This document shows, piece after piece, positions 30,877-41,021 of a DNA stretch of 64,000 nucleotides (the stretch's first letter is position 1; the number at the start of each line of letters is the position of its first letter). Source of the stretch: an uncultured delta proteobacterium. GTDB taxonomy: Bacteria > Desulfobacterota > Binatia > Binatales > Binataceae. Made by a program: the position numbers and the translations under genes. The notes under the pieces are model-generated. The model was not told the origin of the DNA. It searched no databases and was given only the letters and a program-made list of their open reading frames with translations. The stretch spans positions 117,174 through 181,173 of the forward strand of contig CAVYTJ010000004.1 in NCBI GenBank assembly GCA_963771325.1, given 5' to 3'.

Positions 30877-31608
30877 ATGTTTTCACCTTCCTACGCTTCG
30901 CTCGCGCCGCTCGACGCGATCCTGAACGCGACGGCAGCGATTCTGCTGATGGCGGGATATATCGCGATTCGCCGCCATCAAGTGCATATCCATCGCGCGT
31001 GCATGATCGGCGCATTCACCGTGTCGGTGGCTTTCTTCATCTCCTACTGCATTTACCACTACCACGTCGGCGACGTGCGTTTCGGCGGCCAGGGTTTGAT
31101 CCGGCCCGTTTATTTCAGCATCCTCTCCACGCACATCGTGCTCGCGGTAGTGATCGTGCCGCTCGCCTTGATCACGCTCGGCCGCGCGCTGCGCGGCCGC
31201 TTCGCACGGCATCGTCGAATCGCGCGCTGGACGTGGCCGATCTGGATGTACGTGTCGGTGACGGGCGTGGTCGTCTATCTGATGGTGTACCTGCTGTACC
31301 CGCATCTGCCGCCCGCGGCGGCGACAGCGGCGGCCGCGCGCGATGCGCGCGCGGCGGCCGCCGAGCGCGAGCGCGCGGTTCTGAGCCGCACGCTTTCCGC
31401 AGCTTCGCGTTGCCCCCCTCACCTGCCCTCTCCCCCAAAGGGGGCGGGCATGAAAGAAGAGGCTTACAGGAACGGGCGCGGCGCCGAAGGCGCCGCGCCC
31501 GTTCGCGTAACACATCGACGATGTCGTGCTAGCTCTTCAGGAACTCCGTCACCACCTTGTCGAACTCGGCTGGCTGCTCGTACATCACCATATGCCCGGC
31601 TTCCTTGA
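30877..31608 (+). CDS. DUF420 membrane protein (3' end probably over-extended; natural stop may be near 31384)
   Basis: Four TM segments; HRACM, YFSILSTHIVLA, HRRIARWTWPIWMYVSVTGVVVY; the tail runs through an intergenic hairpin and into the convergent gene. Confidence 0.8.
   Translation: MFSPSYASLAPLDAILNATAAILLMAGYIAIRRHQVHIHRACMIGAFTVSVAFFISYCIYHYHVGDVRFGGQGLIRPVYFSILSTHIVLAVVIVPLALITLGRALRGRFARHRRIARWTWPIWMYVSVTGVVVYLMVYLLYPHLPPAAATAAAARDARAAAAERERAVLSRTLSAASRCPPHLPSPPKGAGMKEEAYRNGRGAEGAAPVRVTHRRCRASSSGTPSPPCRTRLAARTSPYARLP
31412..31448. repeat. REP-like hairpin (CCCTCACC...CTCTCCCC...GGGG type)
   Basis: gcccccctcacctgccctctcccccaaagggggcggg between convergent genes. Confidence 0.5.
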
Positions 31609-32315
31609 TCAGATGCACGCGGCTGTTGCGGATGTATTTCTTGAACTCGCGCGCATACGCGGGCGGGATCACCTTGTCTGACTCGCCCCACAGCAGCAGC
31701 GTCGGCGCGGCGATCCGGTAGGCGCGCTTTTTGAGCCCGCGATCCGGAATCGGCCAGAGAAACTTGCTCGCCGCCGAAAAACGTCTGGTGCGCTCGACGT
31801 ACATCGCGGTCAGCAGTTCCTGGTCGTCCCACGGCATCGCGATCATCATCTGCGCCAGCGGCGACTTGGGATCGTGAAACAGCATCGCCGGCAGGTCGTC
31901 CAGGTCGGCGGAGAACAGAGTCGGGGATCGGATCGTTTTCGAGCCAGAAGCCGGCCGCTCCGACCAGCACCAGCTTCTTCGCCCGCCGGGTGTCGAGCGC
32001 CGCGACTTCCGCCGCCAGCATCCCGCCCATCGAGTGGCCGATAATATTGGCGCTCGGAATCTTCAGCTCGTCCATCAGCTCATGATAAAACAGCGCCGCG
32101 TCGATCACGTCGTCGATATGCTCGCCGCCGGTCGATTCGCCATAGCCCGGCAGATGCGGCGCGTAAACCGTGAAGTTGCGTCCGAGATCTTCGAGGAACG
32201 GGTCGGCTCCGGTGAGTCCGCCCGCGCCATGGAGAAACAGCAGCGGCTCGCCCTTGCCAGTGACTTCCATCTCGACGGAAAACTTGCCGTCGCACAATTT
32301 CTGATGTGTTTTCAT
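31529..32315 (-). pseudogene. Alpha/beta hydrolase with a +1 frameshift near 31919 (pseudogene or assembly error)
   Basis: LHGAGG, GHSMGG...DPIPD in one frame; LFSADLDDLPAMLFHDP...WGESD...EAGH in the other; joined by removing one base. Confidence 0.82.
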
Positions 32316-32341
32316 TATTTCACTTTTTTTTCACTATTTCG

Positions 32342-33640
32342 CTATTTCACGGAACTTCTGACTTCCGATGCGCTCGGCCGCTGTGTCTTGCCGTTGGTCT
32401 TTGGCGCGTCGAACCAAATTGGCGCCGGCACCGCCATCTCATTGGCCGGCAGCCGCGTGGGCGACCACTTGTCCTCGAAGCCGGTCCATAGGTCGCGCAG
32501 ATGCGGCATCACCTCGCGCGCGAACAGGTCGGTGCTCTTGCGCACCAACTCGGGCGGCATCGAGCCAATCTGCTGAAGGATCATCAGGTGGCCGCAATTC
32601 AGCGTCTTGAGCGCCTCACGCAGACGATCGCGCACGGTCGCCGGCGAGCCGGCGATCACGTAGCCGTCGTCGATGAAGTCTTTCCACTTGAGGCCCTCGC
32701 GGGTGATCGAGGCGTTCTTGCTGATCTGGCCGGTCAGCCCCGCTTTGATCGTGCTGGGCGTGCGGTAGCCCGGCGCGTCGGCGAAGCCGGGATAGACGTG
32801 CAGGCAGCGGTTGTAGAAGTAATCCATGTGCGGAGCGTAGTCGCGCTCGGCCTGCTCGTCGGTCTCCGAGACCGCAACCACCTGGGCGAAGCCGAGGCTG
32901 TAGGGATTGAGCTCCTTGCCCTTCTTCGCCATCACATTCCAGTAACCATCGGCGACTTTCTTGCCGGCCTTGTAGCCGAAAAACGACAGGAACGAGTACT
33001 GGTAGTCGTGATCGGCGACGAAGTCCCAGGTCTCGACCGAGCCGCCGCCGGGAATCCAGACCGGCGGATGGGGCTGCTGGAGCGGCTTGGGCCACAGGTT
33101 GACGTAACGCAGCTTGGTGAATTTGCCGTTGAAGGAGAACTGATCGTTTTCCTTCCACGCGCGGATAATCAGGTCGTGGGCCTCGAAGTACTTCTCGCGC
33201 AGCGTGGCCGGAATCTCGCCGTAGCAAAAGTTGGTGTCCATCGAGGTGCCGACCGGAAATCCGGCCACCAGGCGCCCGCCGCTCAGCACGTCGAGCATCG
33301 CGAATTCTTCGGCCACCCGCACGGGCGGGTTGTAGAGCGCGATCGAGTTGCCGAGCACGACCAGGTTGGCGTTGCGCGTGCGCCGGGTCAGCGCCGCCGC
33401 CATGATGTTCGGCGACGGCATCAGGCCGTAGGCGTTCTGATGATGCTCGTTGACGCCTAGGCCATCGAAGCCCATGTGGTCGGCGAACTCGAGCTGGTCG
33501 AGGTAGTCATTGTACAGCCGATGGCCGACCTTGGGGTCGTAGAGGTCGCGCGGAATGTCGACCCACACGCTATGGTACTTCTGCTTGAAGTCGTCGGGCA
33601 GGAAACGGTAGGGCATCAGGTGAAACCACGTAAATTTCAT
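32342..33640 (-). CDS. LLM-class flavin-dependent oxidoreductase
   Basis: FHLMPY, NEHHQNAYG, PVRVAEEFAMLD, PKPLQQPHPPVW. Confidence 0.9.
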   Translation of the reverse strand: MKFTWFHLMPYRFLPDDFKQKYHSVWVDIPRDLYDPKVGHRLYNDYLDQLEFADHMGFDGLGVNEHHQNAYGLMPSPNIMAAALTRRTRNANLVVLGNSIALYNPPVRVAEEFAMLDVLSGGRLVAGFPVGTSMDTNFCYGEIPATLREKYFEAHDLIIRAWKENDQFSFNGKFTKLRYVNLWPKPLQQPHPPVWIPGGGSVETWDFVADHDYQYSFLSFFGYKAGKKVADGYWNVMAKKGKELNPYSLGFAQVVAVSETDEQAERDYAPHMDYFYNRCLHVYPGFADAPGYRTPSTIKAGLTGQISKNASITREGLKWKDFIDDGYVIAGSPATVRDRLREALKTLNCGHLMILQQIGSMPPELVRKSTDLFAREVMPHLRDLWTGFEDKWSPTRLPANEMAVPAPIWFDAPKTNGKTQRPSASEVRSSVK

Positions 33641-33702
33641 CAGCCAATCTCCTTTGGCAAACCGATTTTCGGTCTAATCATCCAACTAATCATTCCAACT
33701 AA

Positions 33703-34521
33703 TCATTCAACCGCGGAGGCGCTTCGATACGCCTGCATCGCGCGCTCCTCTGCTCCGTCATGCTGATCCGCGAAAGCTCCACCGCGCGAGTTCTTGACGC
33801 TTCGCCGGCCGTGCGCGGGCGGTGCTGACGGTTTGATTGCGCCGGCCTTTGAGCGGCGCGGCCGCGTGGCGGCGGCGGCCTCGGCGGCGGCCAGCTGGAA
33901 TTCGAAGGTTTCCTCGAGCAGCCGCGACGCTTCGAGCCCGGTAATGTCGCGAAAGATTTTCACATCGTCCATCAGCAGGAACGCGCCGTTGAGCGCGGCC
34001 CATATTACAGTCGCCGTGCGCGTGGCCTCCGCGTTGGAGGTGCGTGCGCCGGTGGCGCTCAACCAGCGCTTGACCGAATCGCGATAAAGGTTGAAGCATT
34101 CGCGCCCGAGCCGTCTGACCTGCTCGAAATGTTCCAACTCCGCCTCGCGCGAGAGGCGCAGCGACAGTTTGCTGAACGTGACCGAGAGCTGGGCGAGGAA
34201 CAATCCGCGCGACTCCCGCAGATAGTCGAAGTAGGCGTGGCCAATCGCGCGCAACTCATCGAGCGGCTTTAGCTCGCGCGCATGGATTTCCAGGTAGCGC
34301 GTGCGCAGCCCGCCAATTCGCTCGGCCATCAGGCTGACGAAGAGATCGTCGCGCGAAGAGAAGTAGAGATAGATGGTGCCGACGGCGACCTCGGCCTGGC
34401 GCGCGACTATCTCGACCGTGGCGCCGTCGACGCCGTGAGCGGCAAAGACCTGGGCGGCGGCGGCGAGGATAGTCTCGCGCCGCGCAAGGCGCTCGCGTTC
34501 CTTGCGCTCGCGCACGCTCAT
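33703..34521 (-). CDS. TetR/AcrR family regulator
   Basis: RETILAAAAQVF...GATVEIVARQAEVAVGTIYLYFSSRDDL helix-turn-helix. Confidence 0.9.
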   Translation of the reverse strand: MSVRERKERERLARRETILAAAAQVFAAHGVDGATVEIVARQAEVAVGTIYLYFSSRDDLFVSLMAERIGGLRTRYLEIHARELKPLDELRAIGHAYFDYLRESRGLFLAQLSVTFSKLSLRLSREAELEHFEQVRRLGRECFNLYRDSVKRWLSATGARTSNAEATRTATVIWAALNGAFLLMDDVKIFRDITGLEASRLLEETFEFQLAAAEAAAATRPRRSKAGAIKPSAPPAHGRRSVKNSRGGAFADQHDGAEERAMQAYRSASAVE

Positions 34522-34526
34522 GCTGG

Positions 34527-34587
34527 CTGATGAATCTTCATTCAGTTTCTGAAGCCGACCACTAGCGCCAAAGCATCCGTATGTCAA
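34527..34587 (-). promoter_or_regulatory. Sigma70 promoter and probable autoregulatory TetR operator
   Basis: TTGACA (34587-34582), 17-bp spacer, TAGTGG; inverted repeat TGAAT-CTTC-ATTCA (34531-34544) just before the ATG. Confidence 0.65.
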
Positions 34588-34708
34588 ACGGTCGAATTCT
34601 GGCGACGGAGCACCGTCCGCTCTTTACTCCCAGGAGGAATGCGGGCAGAGTCGCGCTTGGTTCTACCGGTTAGGGGCTGATCGTTTCCGAACAAAAAGGG
34701 GGCGTATC

Positions 34709-36133
34709 ATGGCGGACCAGCAGGTGACCACGACTCGGGGCGCCACCCTCGCGACCGCAGTTCTCAAGGAATCCGCCATCCAAGACTTCAAGGCCGGCCT
34801 CACCGGCGCGCTGCTCCGCCCCGCGGAGGCGGGCTATGACGACGCGCGCAAGATCTGGAACGGCATGATCGACAAACGGCCCGCGCTGATTGCGCGCTGC
34901 CGTGGCGTTGCCGATGTCATCAACTCCGTCCGCTTCGCTCGCACGCACGATCTTCTGTTGGCGGTGCGCGGTGGAGGCCACAACCTGGCCGGCAATGCGG
35001 TATGCGACGGCGGCCTGATGATCGATCTGTCGCCAATGAAAGGCGTGCGCGTCGATCCTGCGCTCCGCATGGCTTCGGCCCAGACCGGACTTACCTGGGG
35101 AGAGTTCGACCACGAGACCCAAGCCTTCGGCCTGGCCGTCACCGGGGGACAGATCTCCACCACCGGTATCGCTGGCCTTACGCTCGGCGGCGGATGGGGC
35201 TACCTGGCGCGCCAGCACGGCCTCGCCTCCGACAACCTTCGCTCACTCGATCTCGTCACGGCCGACGGCGAACTCATCACCGCCAGCGCCGCCGAGCATG
35301 CGGACCTCTTTTGGGGCGTGCGGGGTGGCGGCGGAAATTTTGGCGTCGCCACCTCATTTGAGTATCAACTCCATCCGGTCGGCCCGGTGCTGGCGGGAAT
35401 CGTGGCTTACCCCGTCGCCAAGGCAACCGAGGTCCTGAGATGCTTCAGCGAGGTCACCAGTGCGGCGCCCGATGAACTGGCATCCGGGATCATTATTGTC
35501 ACGTTTCCGGACGGCACTCCGGTGGTGGCGATGGTCGTTTGCTACAGCGGGCCGAGTGAGAAAGGGGAGCGGGTCCTGAAACCGCTGAGAACCATCGGTT
35601 CGCCGCTGATGGATCAGGTCAACTCGATGCCCTACACGTCGGCGCAGAAGCTGATCGACGGCTTTTATCCTCCGGGACTCCAGAATTACTGGAAGTCGAG
35701 CTTCCTGAAGAAAGTCAGCGACGAGGCTATAGACACGATAGTGGCGCACTGCGCCGAGCGGCCCGCGCCGACGTGCCATGGGCTTATCGAACATCAACTG
35801 GGCGGCGCGGTGAGCCGCATCGGCCGCGACGCAACCGCGTTCAATCATCGAGACGTGCAATACAGCTTTATGAGTATTGGGGTTTGCGCCACTGCGGCCG
35901 AGGTCCCGAGTTGCATGCGCTGGGTGCGCGAGTTCTGGTCAGCGATGCAACCGTATTCGACCGGCAGTGTGTACGTTAACTATCTCGGCCAGGAGGCGGA
36001 CGAGGGCGCCGAGCGGATTAAGGCCGCCTATGGTCCCGAGAAGTACCAACGGCTGGCGGCGCTGAAAAGCAAATACGATCCAACCAACCTATTCCGGCTT
36101 AACCAGAACATCAGGCCGGCTCTGGCCATTTGA
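34709..36133 (+). CDS. FAD-binding oxidoreductase (VAO/BBE family)
   Basis: WNGMIDKRPALI, RGGGHN (covalent-FAD His), GLTLGGG, RGGGGNFG, YVNY...KYDPTNLF. Confidence 0.92.
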   Translation: MADQQVTTTRGATLATAVLKESAIQDFKAGLTGALLRPAEAGYDDARKIWNGMIDKRPALIARCRGVADVINSVRFARTHDLLLAVRGGGHNLAGNAVCDGGLMIDLSPMKGVRVDPALRMASAQTGLTWGEFDHETQAFGLAVTGGQISTTGIAGLTLGGGWGYLARQHGLASDNLRSLDLVTADGELITASAAEHADLFWGVRGGGGNFGVATSFEYQLHPVGPVLAGIVAYPVAKATEVLRCFSEVTSAAPDELASGIIIVTFPDGTPVVAMVVCYSGPSEKGERVLKPLRTIGSPLMDQVNSMPYTSAQKLIDGFYPPGLQNYWKSSFLKKVSDEAIDTIVAHCAERPAPTCHGLIEHQLGGAVSRIGRDATAFNHRDVQYSFMSIGVCATAAEVPSCMRWVREFWSAMQPYSTGSVYVNYLGQEADEGAERIKAAYGPEKYQRLAALKSKYDPTNLFRLNQNIRPALAI

Positions 36134-36154
36134 ATCGGCGCTGCCGGCGCGCGC

Positions 36155-37636
36155 TCAGCGATGGAATTCCTCCAGCTTGCTGATGTCGAATAGCTTGTCG
36201 ACGTGGTTGACGTCGGCGTCGGGGAAGCCAGCGCCGAACGCGGGAAAGATCGTGGCGCGCTTGTTGCCGTAGTCAATCGCGACCAGCCCCTGGAGCCCGG
36301 TCGCCTGCACGCCGTGGTTGAGCTCGGCAAAGTGCTGGTAATCCTCACTCCAGCGGAACGTATAGGTGAGTGACTTGAACAGGTTCTGCTGGCGGTCGAA
36401 CATCAGCGCCATCCACGGATGATAGTCCTCGGTGTCCCAGAACATGATCACGCTGCTGTAGGGATGATGCGGTTCTTTAGGCGTGCGTTCGATCACCGCG
36501 AAGCGGCGCATCGACCATACGTCGTCGGGCGCGATGCCGTTCGGACCGTAGTAACGCGGATAGTCGTACTTGGAATCCATCACGCACAGGAGGTTGCGCC
36601 AGCCGAGGAACTTGAAGTTCCAGCGCACGGGGCGGGCGGAAAAGGTGTTGAAGTCCTCCTCGGTCTGCTCGGTTCCGACCAGGGAGTCCGATTTGACCTC
36701 GACCGAGACGCGGCGCACGCGCCGCGATTGCGGATCGTAGGCCCACGCGTCATCGCTGCGGTACGGATCGTTGTAGCGATAGGTGATGAACACCTGGCCG
36801 CGCACGTCGTAGGGCTCGAAGAAGCCCTCGAATTCTTTCCAGAAAAATTCCTTGGCGCCGGGCACCGGCAAAACTCCGCCCTCGGCAGCGCGCTGCGCCA
36901 GGTGGCTATAGTAGGTACGCTGGTAGAAGCTGCTCAGCGTCTTGACGAAGCTGCCGCCGCCGCCGAAGTACTTGGCCGCATCGGTCGGCATCGTGCTCTT
37001 GAAATGCTGCCCGCCGGTCCAGGTAACCGGCGGCGACTCGATCAAGTTGGGCGCGGAGCCATCGTGGTTGCCGCCGAAGCGATCAAAGATGAACATGAAA
37101 TTCAGATCGAACGGCCCGTAATTCTGCCAGCGGTACTCGAAATTCCAAACCGCCTTTTGTCCCGATTGCGGATCGGCCGGATTGAGCGACGCGTTGGCGA
37201 AAGGCTGGCCGCAGATGTAGTTGTCGATCGTGCCGTCGCTCTTGAGCTTCACTTGCGCCTGGTACTTCTCGGTGCAGTCGGCGTAATCCTTGCGCGGCAT
37301 GTGGCTGCGCGCGGCCACGATCTCCATCTTGAGCTCGGGGAAGTTGAGCTGGTCGATATAGACGGGAGGGATGAATGGACGCACCCGCCCCAGGTCTTTG
37401 GCGGTCAGGACGTCGCCGGGCTTGAAGTCGGGCTTGGCGTTCGCGCTCTCGGTCAGCCATTGCTCCACGGTCTGCCTGGTCGCCGGGGCCCCCTGTGCAG
37501 CGGCCGTCGCGGCGAAACCCGCTGCAACGGCGAACGCGAGCGCCGTCACGCGTGCGGCCGCACGAAGATTTTTTGCGACTGCTTGCGCAAAGTCCGGACG
37601 CGAACCGATACCACTCATCCACGATGCTCTCGTCAC
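36155..37636 (-). CDS. DUF1329 family periplasmic protein
   Basis: Signal peptide ending ATAAA; GQPF...DPQSGQKAVWN; DDAWAYDPQSRRVRR; HPYS; start uncertain. Confidence 0.8.
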   Translation of the reverse strand: MTRASWMSGIGSRPDFAQAVAKNLRAAARVTALAFAVAAGFAATAAAQGAPATRQTVEQWLTESANAKPDFKPGDVLTAKDLGRVRPFIPPVYIDQLNFPELKMEIVAARSHMPRKDYADCTEKYQAQVKLKSDGTIDNYICGQPFANASLNPADPQSGQKAVWNFEYRWQNYGPFDLNFMFIFDRFGGNHDGSAPNLIESPPVTWTGGQHFKSTMPTDAAKYFGGGGSFVKTLSSFYQRTYYSHLAQRAAEGGVLPVPGAKEFFWKEFEGFFEPYDVRGQVFITYRYNDPYRSDDAWAYDPQSRRVRRVSVEVKSDSLVGTEQTEEDFNTFSARPVRWNFKFLGWRNLLCVMDSKYDYPRYYGPNGIAPDDVWSMRRFAVIERTPKEPHHPYSSVIMFWDTEDYHPWMALMFDRQQNLFKSLTYTFRWSEDYQHFAELNHGVQATGLQGLVAIDYGNKRATIFPAFGAGFPDADVNHVDKLFDISKLEEFHR

Positions 37637-37674
37637 TTAGCCCTTCTCCTTCCAGGCAACCCGATCAAAAACAA

Positions 37675-38054
37675 TTCAATCCCTTTAATCCGTATCGCGC
37701 CGCGCGTCCAGCGGAACGCGGCAGAGGGCGCCACCCAGATTGAACCTTTGGGTCTGCCAACTTTTCAAAAAAAATTTACCCAACTGGCACGCTCCCTTCT
37801 GGTCCTCTCCTTGTCCCAAGAGAGCTTTGGGTAACTGGCATCGGCTCTTTCGTCCCCTCTCCTTGTCCAAGGAGAGGGTTAGGGAGAGGTGCAATGGTCG
37901 CTTTTCGCGATCCGCTCGAAGTGGCTGCGGCGCAGCGGAATTCAGACTGACCTCTCCCACCGCTCGCGATGCTCGCGGCGACCTCTCCTTGGACAAGGAG
38001 AGGTTAGAGATGTTTCAATCCGTCTAATCCGGATCGCGCCGCGCGTCCAGCGGA
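37675..38054. repeat. Palindrome-rich insert flanked by 41-bp direct repeats (MITE/REP-cluster-like)
   Basis: TTCAATCC.T.TAATCCG.ATCGCGCCGCGCGTCCAGCGGA at 37675-37715 and 38014-38054; three CTCTCCTTG...GAGAG hairpins inside. Confidence 0.7.
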
Positions 38055-38244
38055 GCGCACCTCGGTTGAAGTTTCGCGCGGCTTTCCGCCTCGTCATCGC
38101 GATTATAGAGTGGTGATGCGGCCGAACGCGAATCAACATATATACAGCTCACGGAGATCCCGCGCGCAGGCCTTGTCAGCGACGGCGGCATGATGGAACT
38201 TATCGCGAGGAACTTGCCGCGCGCGGCCGCGTGGAGAAACCCAG

Positions 38245-38676
38245 GTGAAACAGAAGTTGCAGGAAGATCTCAAAGCGTCGATGAAGAGCGGGGATAAGTT
38301 GCGCACCATGACGCTGCGCGGCGTGCTGGCCGAAATCACGCGGGTCGAAAAGGACGTCCGGCGCGAGGCCAACGAGACCGAGATCGTCCAGATCATCAAG
38401 CGCGAGCGCGCGCGGCGCGACGAGACACTGGGCTTCGCGCGCCAGGGCGGACGCGCCGACCTGGTCGCGCAGAACGAGGAGGAGGCGCGGGTGCTCGACT
38501 CCTATCTGCCGGCGGCGCTGGATGAAAACGAGTTGCGCGCGGCGATCGCCGAGCAGGTCGCGGCCGGGGTGAAGCAGATGGGTCCGTTGATGAAGGCGCT
38601 CAAAGACCGCTTCGGCGCGCAGCTCGACGGACGGGTGGCGAGCCAGCTGGTCAAGGAAGCGCTCGCGCCCAAGTAA
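38245..38676 (+). CDS. GatB/YqeY domain protein
   Basis: LKASMKSGDK, YLPAAL, MGPLMKAL, DGRVASQLVK. Confidence 0.9.
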   Translation: MKQKLQEDLKASMKSGDKLRTMTLRGVLAEITRVEKDVRREANETEIVQIIKRERARRDETLGFARQGGRADLVAQNEEEARVLDSYLPAALDENELRAAIAEQVAAGVKQMGPLMKALKDRFGAQLDGRVASQLVKEALAPK

Positions 38677-38720
38677 CTGGCTAGCTGGTGAGCAGCTTTC
38701 CGCAGGAGGCACGCGCGGAC

Positions 38721-39878
38721 ATGGCACAGGGCAAAATCGAACCGTTTAAGATCGAGATCTCCGACGACGTGTTGGCCGACCTTCGCGCGCGCCTGGAGCG
38801 CACGCGGCTGCCCGACGAAGTGCCGGGCTCGGCGTGGGACTACGGCACCAACCTCGCCTACTTGCGCGAGCTTATCGAGTACTGGCGCACGCGCTACGAC
38901 TGGCGCGCGCACGAGCGCGCGCTAAATCGCTTCGCGCATTTTCGCGCCGAGGCCGGCGGCGAGGACCTTCACTTCATCCACGAGCGCGGCCGCGGCCCCA
39001 ATCCCAAGCCGCTGCTGCTGCTACACGGATGGCCGGGGTCGGTGTACGAATTCATGGAGCTGATTCCGCGGCTGACCGATCCGGCGGCGCATGGCGGCGA
39101 CGCGCGCGACTCGTTTACGGTGGTCGCCCCGTCGCTGCCGGGCTACGGCTTTTCGGCCCATCCGCGCACTCGCGCGATGAACATCCAGGCCATGGCCGAC
39201 ATCATGTTCAAGCTGATGAACGGGGTGCTGGGCTACGATCGCTTCGGCGCGCAGGGCGGAGATTGGGGCGCGGCGATAACCTCGCGCCTGGGCGAGGTCT
39301 ACCGCCAGCATCTCTACGGCATTCATATCAACATGATCGCGGTGGGCGCGGCCGAAGGGCGCCGCCCGGCCGAGCTCAATGACGCGGAGAAGGTTTTTCT
39401 CGGCGACCTCGAGCGCTTTCGCCGCGACGAGACTGGCTATCAATGGATCCAGGGCACCAAGCCGCAGACCCTGGCGTACGCGCTCAACGACTCGCCGGCC
39501 GGGCTGGCGGCCTGGATCGTCGAGAAGTTCCGCACCTGGAGCGATTGCCACGGCGACGTCGAGCGCCGCTTCACCAAAGATCAGCTGCTGACCAACGTGA
39601 TGATCTATTGGGTGACCGGAACGATAAATTCATCGACCCGGCTCTATTACGAGGCGCGCCATCATCCGTGGCATCTGAAGCCCGACACGCGAATCGAGAC
39701 GCCGACGGCGGTCGCGAATTTCCCCGCCGAGCTGATGCGCCCGCCGCGAAGCTGGGCCGAGCGCGCCTACAATGTCGTGCGCTGGACGGTGATGCCGTCG
39801 GGCGGCCATTTCGCCGCGATGGAAGAGCCGGCGCTGCTCGCCGACGACATCCGCGCGTTCTTCCGCGAGCTCAGCTGA
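38721..39878 (+). CDS. Epoxide hydrolase (EHN, microsomal-like)
   Basis: LHGWPGS, QGGDWG, DSPAGLAAWIVEKF, GGHFAAMEEP. Confidence 0.93.
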   Translation: MAQGKIEPFKIEISDDVLADLRARLERTRLPDEVPGSAWDYGTNLAYLRELIEYWRTRYDWRAHERALNRFAHFRAEAGGEDLHFIHERGRGPNPKPLLLLHGWPGSVYEFMELIPRLTDPAAHGGDARDSFTVVAPSLPGYGFSAHPRTRAMNIQAMADIMFKLMNGVLGYDRFGAQGGDWGAAITSRLGEVYRQHLYGIHINMIAVGAAEGRRPAELNDAEKVFLGDLERFRRDETGYQWIQGTKPQTLAYALNDSPAGLAAWIVEKFRTWSDCHGDVERRFTKDQLLTNVMIYWVTGTINSSTRLYYEARHHPWHLKPDTRIETPTAVANFPAELMRPPRSWAERAYNVVRWTVMPSGGHFAAMEEPALLADDIRAFFRELS

Positions 39879-39899
39879 AACAATCCTGAGCGGGTTCGA

Positions 39900-40880
39900 T
39901 CAGGGAAAGTGGGAGCCGGGATATCCGTACGACGGCGCATAAGGCGTCGCCCCGTAAGGCGTGGCGCCGTAGGAACCATACGGCGCGGCGCCGTAGGGGC
40001 TGTAGGGAGTGCCACCGAAGGGGCTACTGAAGGGCGATCCGAAGGGCGAGCCGCCATAGGGCGATCCGTAGGTCGGCGGATAGCCACCGCCGCCCATCCC
40101 GAAGCTGCTGCCGCTGCCCATGCCCAGCATGCCCATCATGCCGATCAGCGGCACAATCGCGGTCAACCCGCTGGCGCCGCCTCCCGGCTGAGCCTGCTGC
40201 ATGTACTGCTGCTGCTGTTGCGCCTGTTGCGCCTGATCCTGGTAGCTCTGCACACTGCCGAGTTCGTTGCCTGAAGATCCGGAGGCGCCAGCATTACCGC
40301 TCGAACCATAGGCGCCGCCCGACGCGCCACTCTGCGATGCAGCCGGAGCCGGCGCCGAGCCGCTCGTGCCGGAGGCCAACTCGGGCCGCACCGCGATCCG
40401 GTTGATCACGGGAGCATTGGGGTTATGCAAATATCGGCGCGCCTTGTCGGCAGCATCCTGCCTGCCGAAGTCGCTCGCCACGAAGCCGTAGAGGACGACC
40501 TGCTGATTGCCGCTGCTGTCGGCCAGCACTTGTCCGCCGACCAGCGGAAGACGATGGCTCTGTAGATAGCTGGTGAGCCTACCGCTCTGCGAGGTGTCGT
40601 TGGTATAGCCCGGCGGGACCGAGCCGCCGTCGGGGGGATCATTCGCGCCACTCGGAGCGGCAGCGGCGGCGGCGCTGGCGGAGCTGTAATAACTGCTCGA
40701 CGAGGACCCGTTGGAGGAATAGCCGTTGCTGGAGGAAAAGCTCGTCAGCGGCGTCCCCGCGCCATACGAAAATCCGCTCGTGGATGAAGTGCTCGACGTC
40801 GGTATCGTCATGCACGCCGACATCGCCATCGCACCGAGGCTGCACAAAATCATGGCGGCGATCCGCGCGATACGCGTCAT
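39900..40880 (-). CDS. Putative lipoprotein with a BON-like core and Ser/Gly/Tyr/Gln low-complexity regions
   Basis: Lipobox MSAC; VVLYGFVASDFGRQDA...VINRIAV core; YG/SP repeats at the C-terminus; start uncertain. Confidence 0.7.
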   Translation of the reverse strand: MTRIARIAAMILCSLGAMAMSACMTIPTSSTSSTSGFSYGAGTPLTSFSSSNGYSSNGSSSSSYYSSASAAAAAAPSGANDPPDGGSVPPGYTNDTSQSGRLTSYLQSHRLPLVGGQVLADSSGNQQVVLYGFVASDFGRQDAADKARRYLHNPNAPVINRIAVRPELASGTSGSAPAPAASQSGASGGAYGSSGNAGASGSSGNELGSVQSYQDQAQQAQQQQQYMQQAQPGGGASGLTAIVPLIGMMGMLGMGSGSSFGMGGGGYPPTYGSPYGGSPFGSPFSSPFGGTPYSPYGAAPYGSYGATPYGATPYAPSYGYPGSHFP

Positions 40881-41021
40881 ATGATCAATCATATCCCCGC
40901 GCCGAAATTTCGCAAACAGGCGCAATCCGCCTCGGCAGCGCGTCAATCTGCTCGGAACTTGCGCGAATTTGGATGGCCGCCGCGCACCGTGCTAGCCTCG
41001 GCCCTGCGGGGAGAGAAAGCG

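Noticed and set aside
33674-33710. CRISPR array from the short repeats here or elsewhere
   Set aside because: Only 2-3 units, no unique spacers of regular length, and no cas genes
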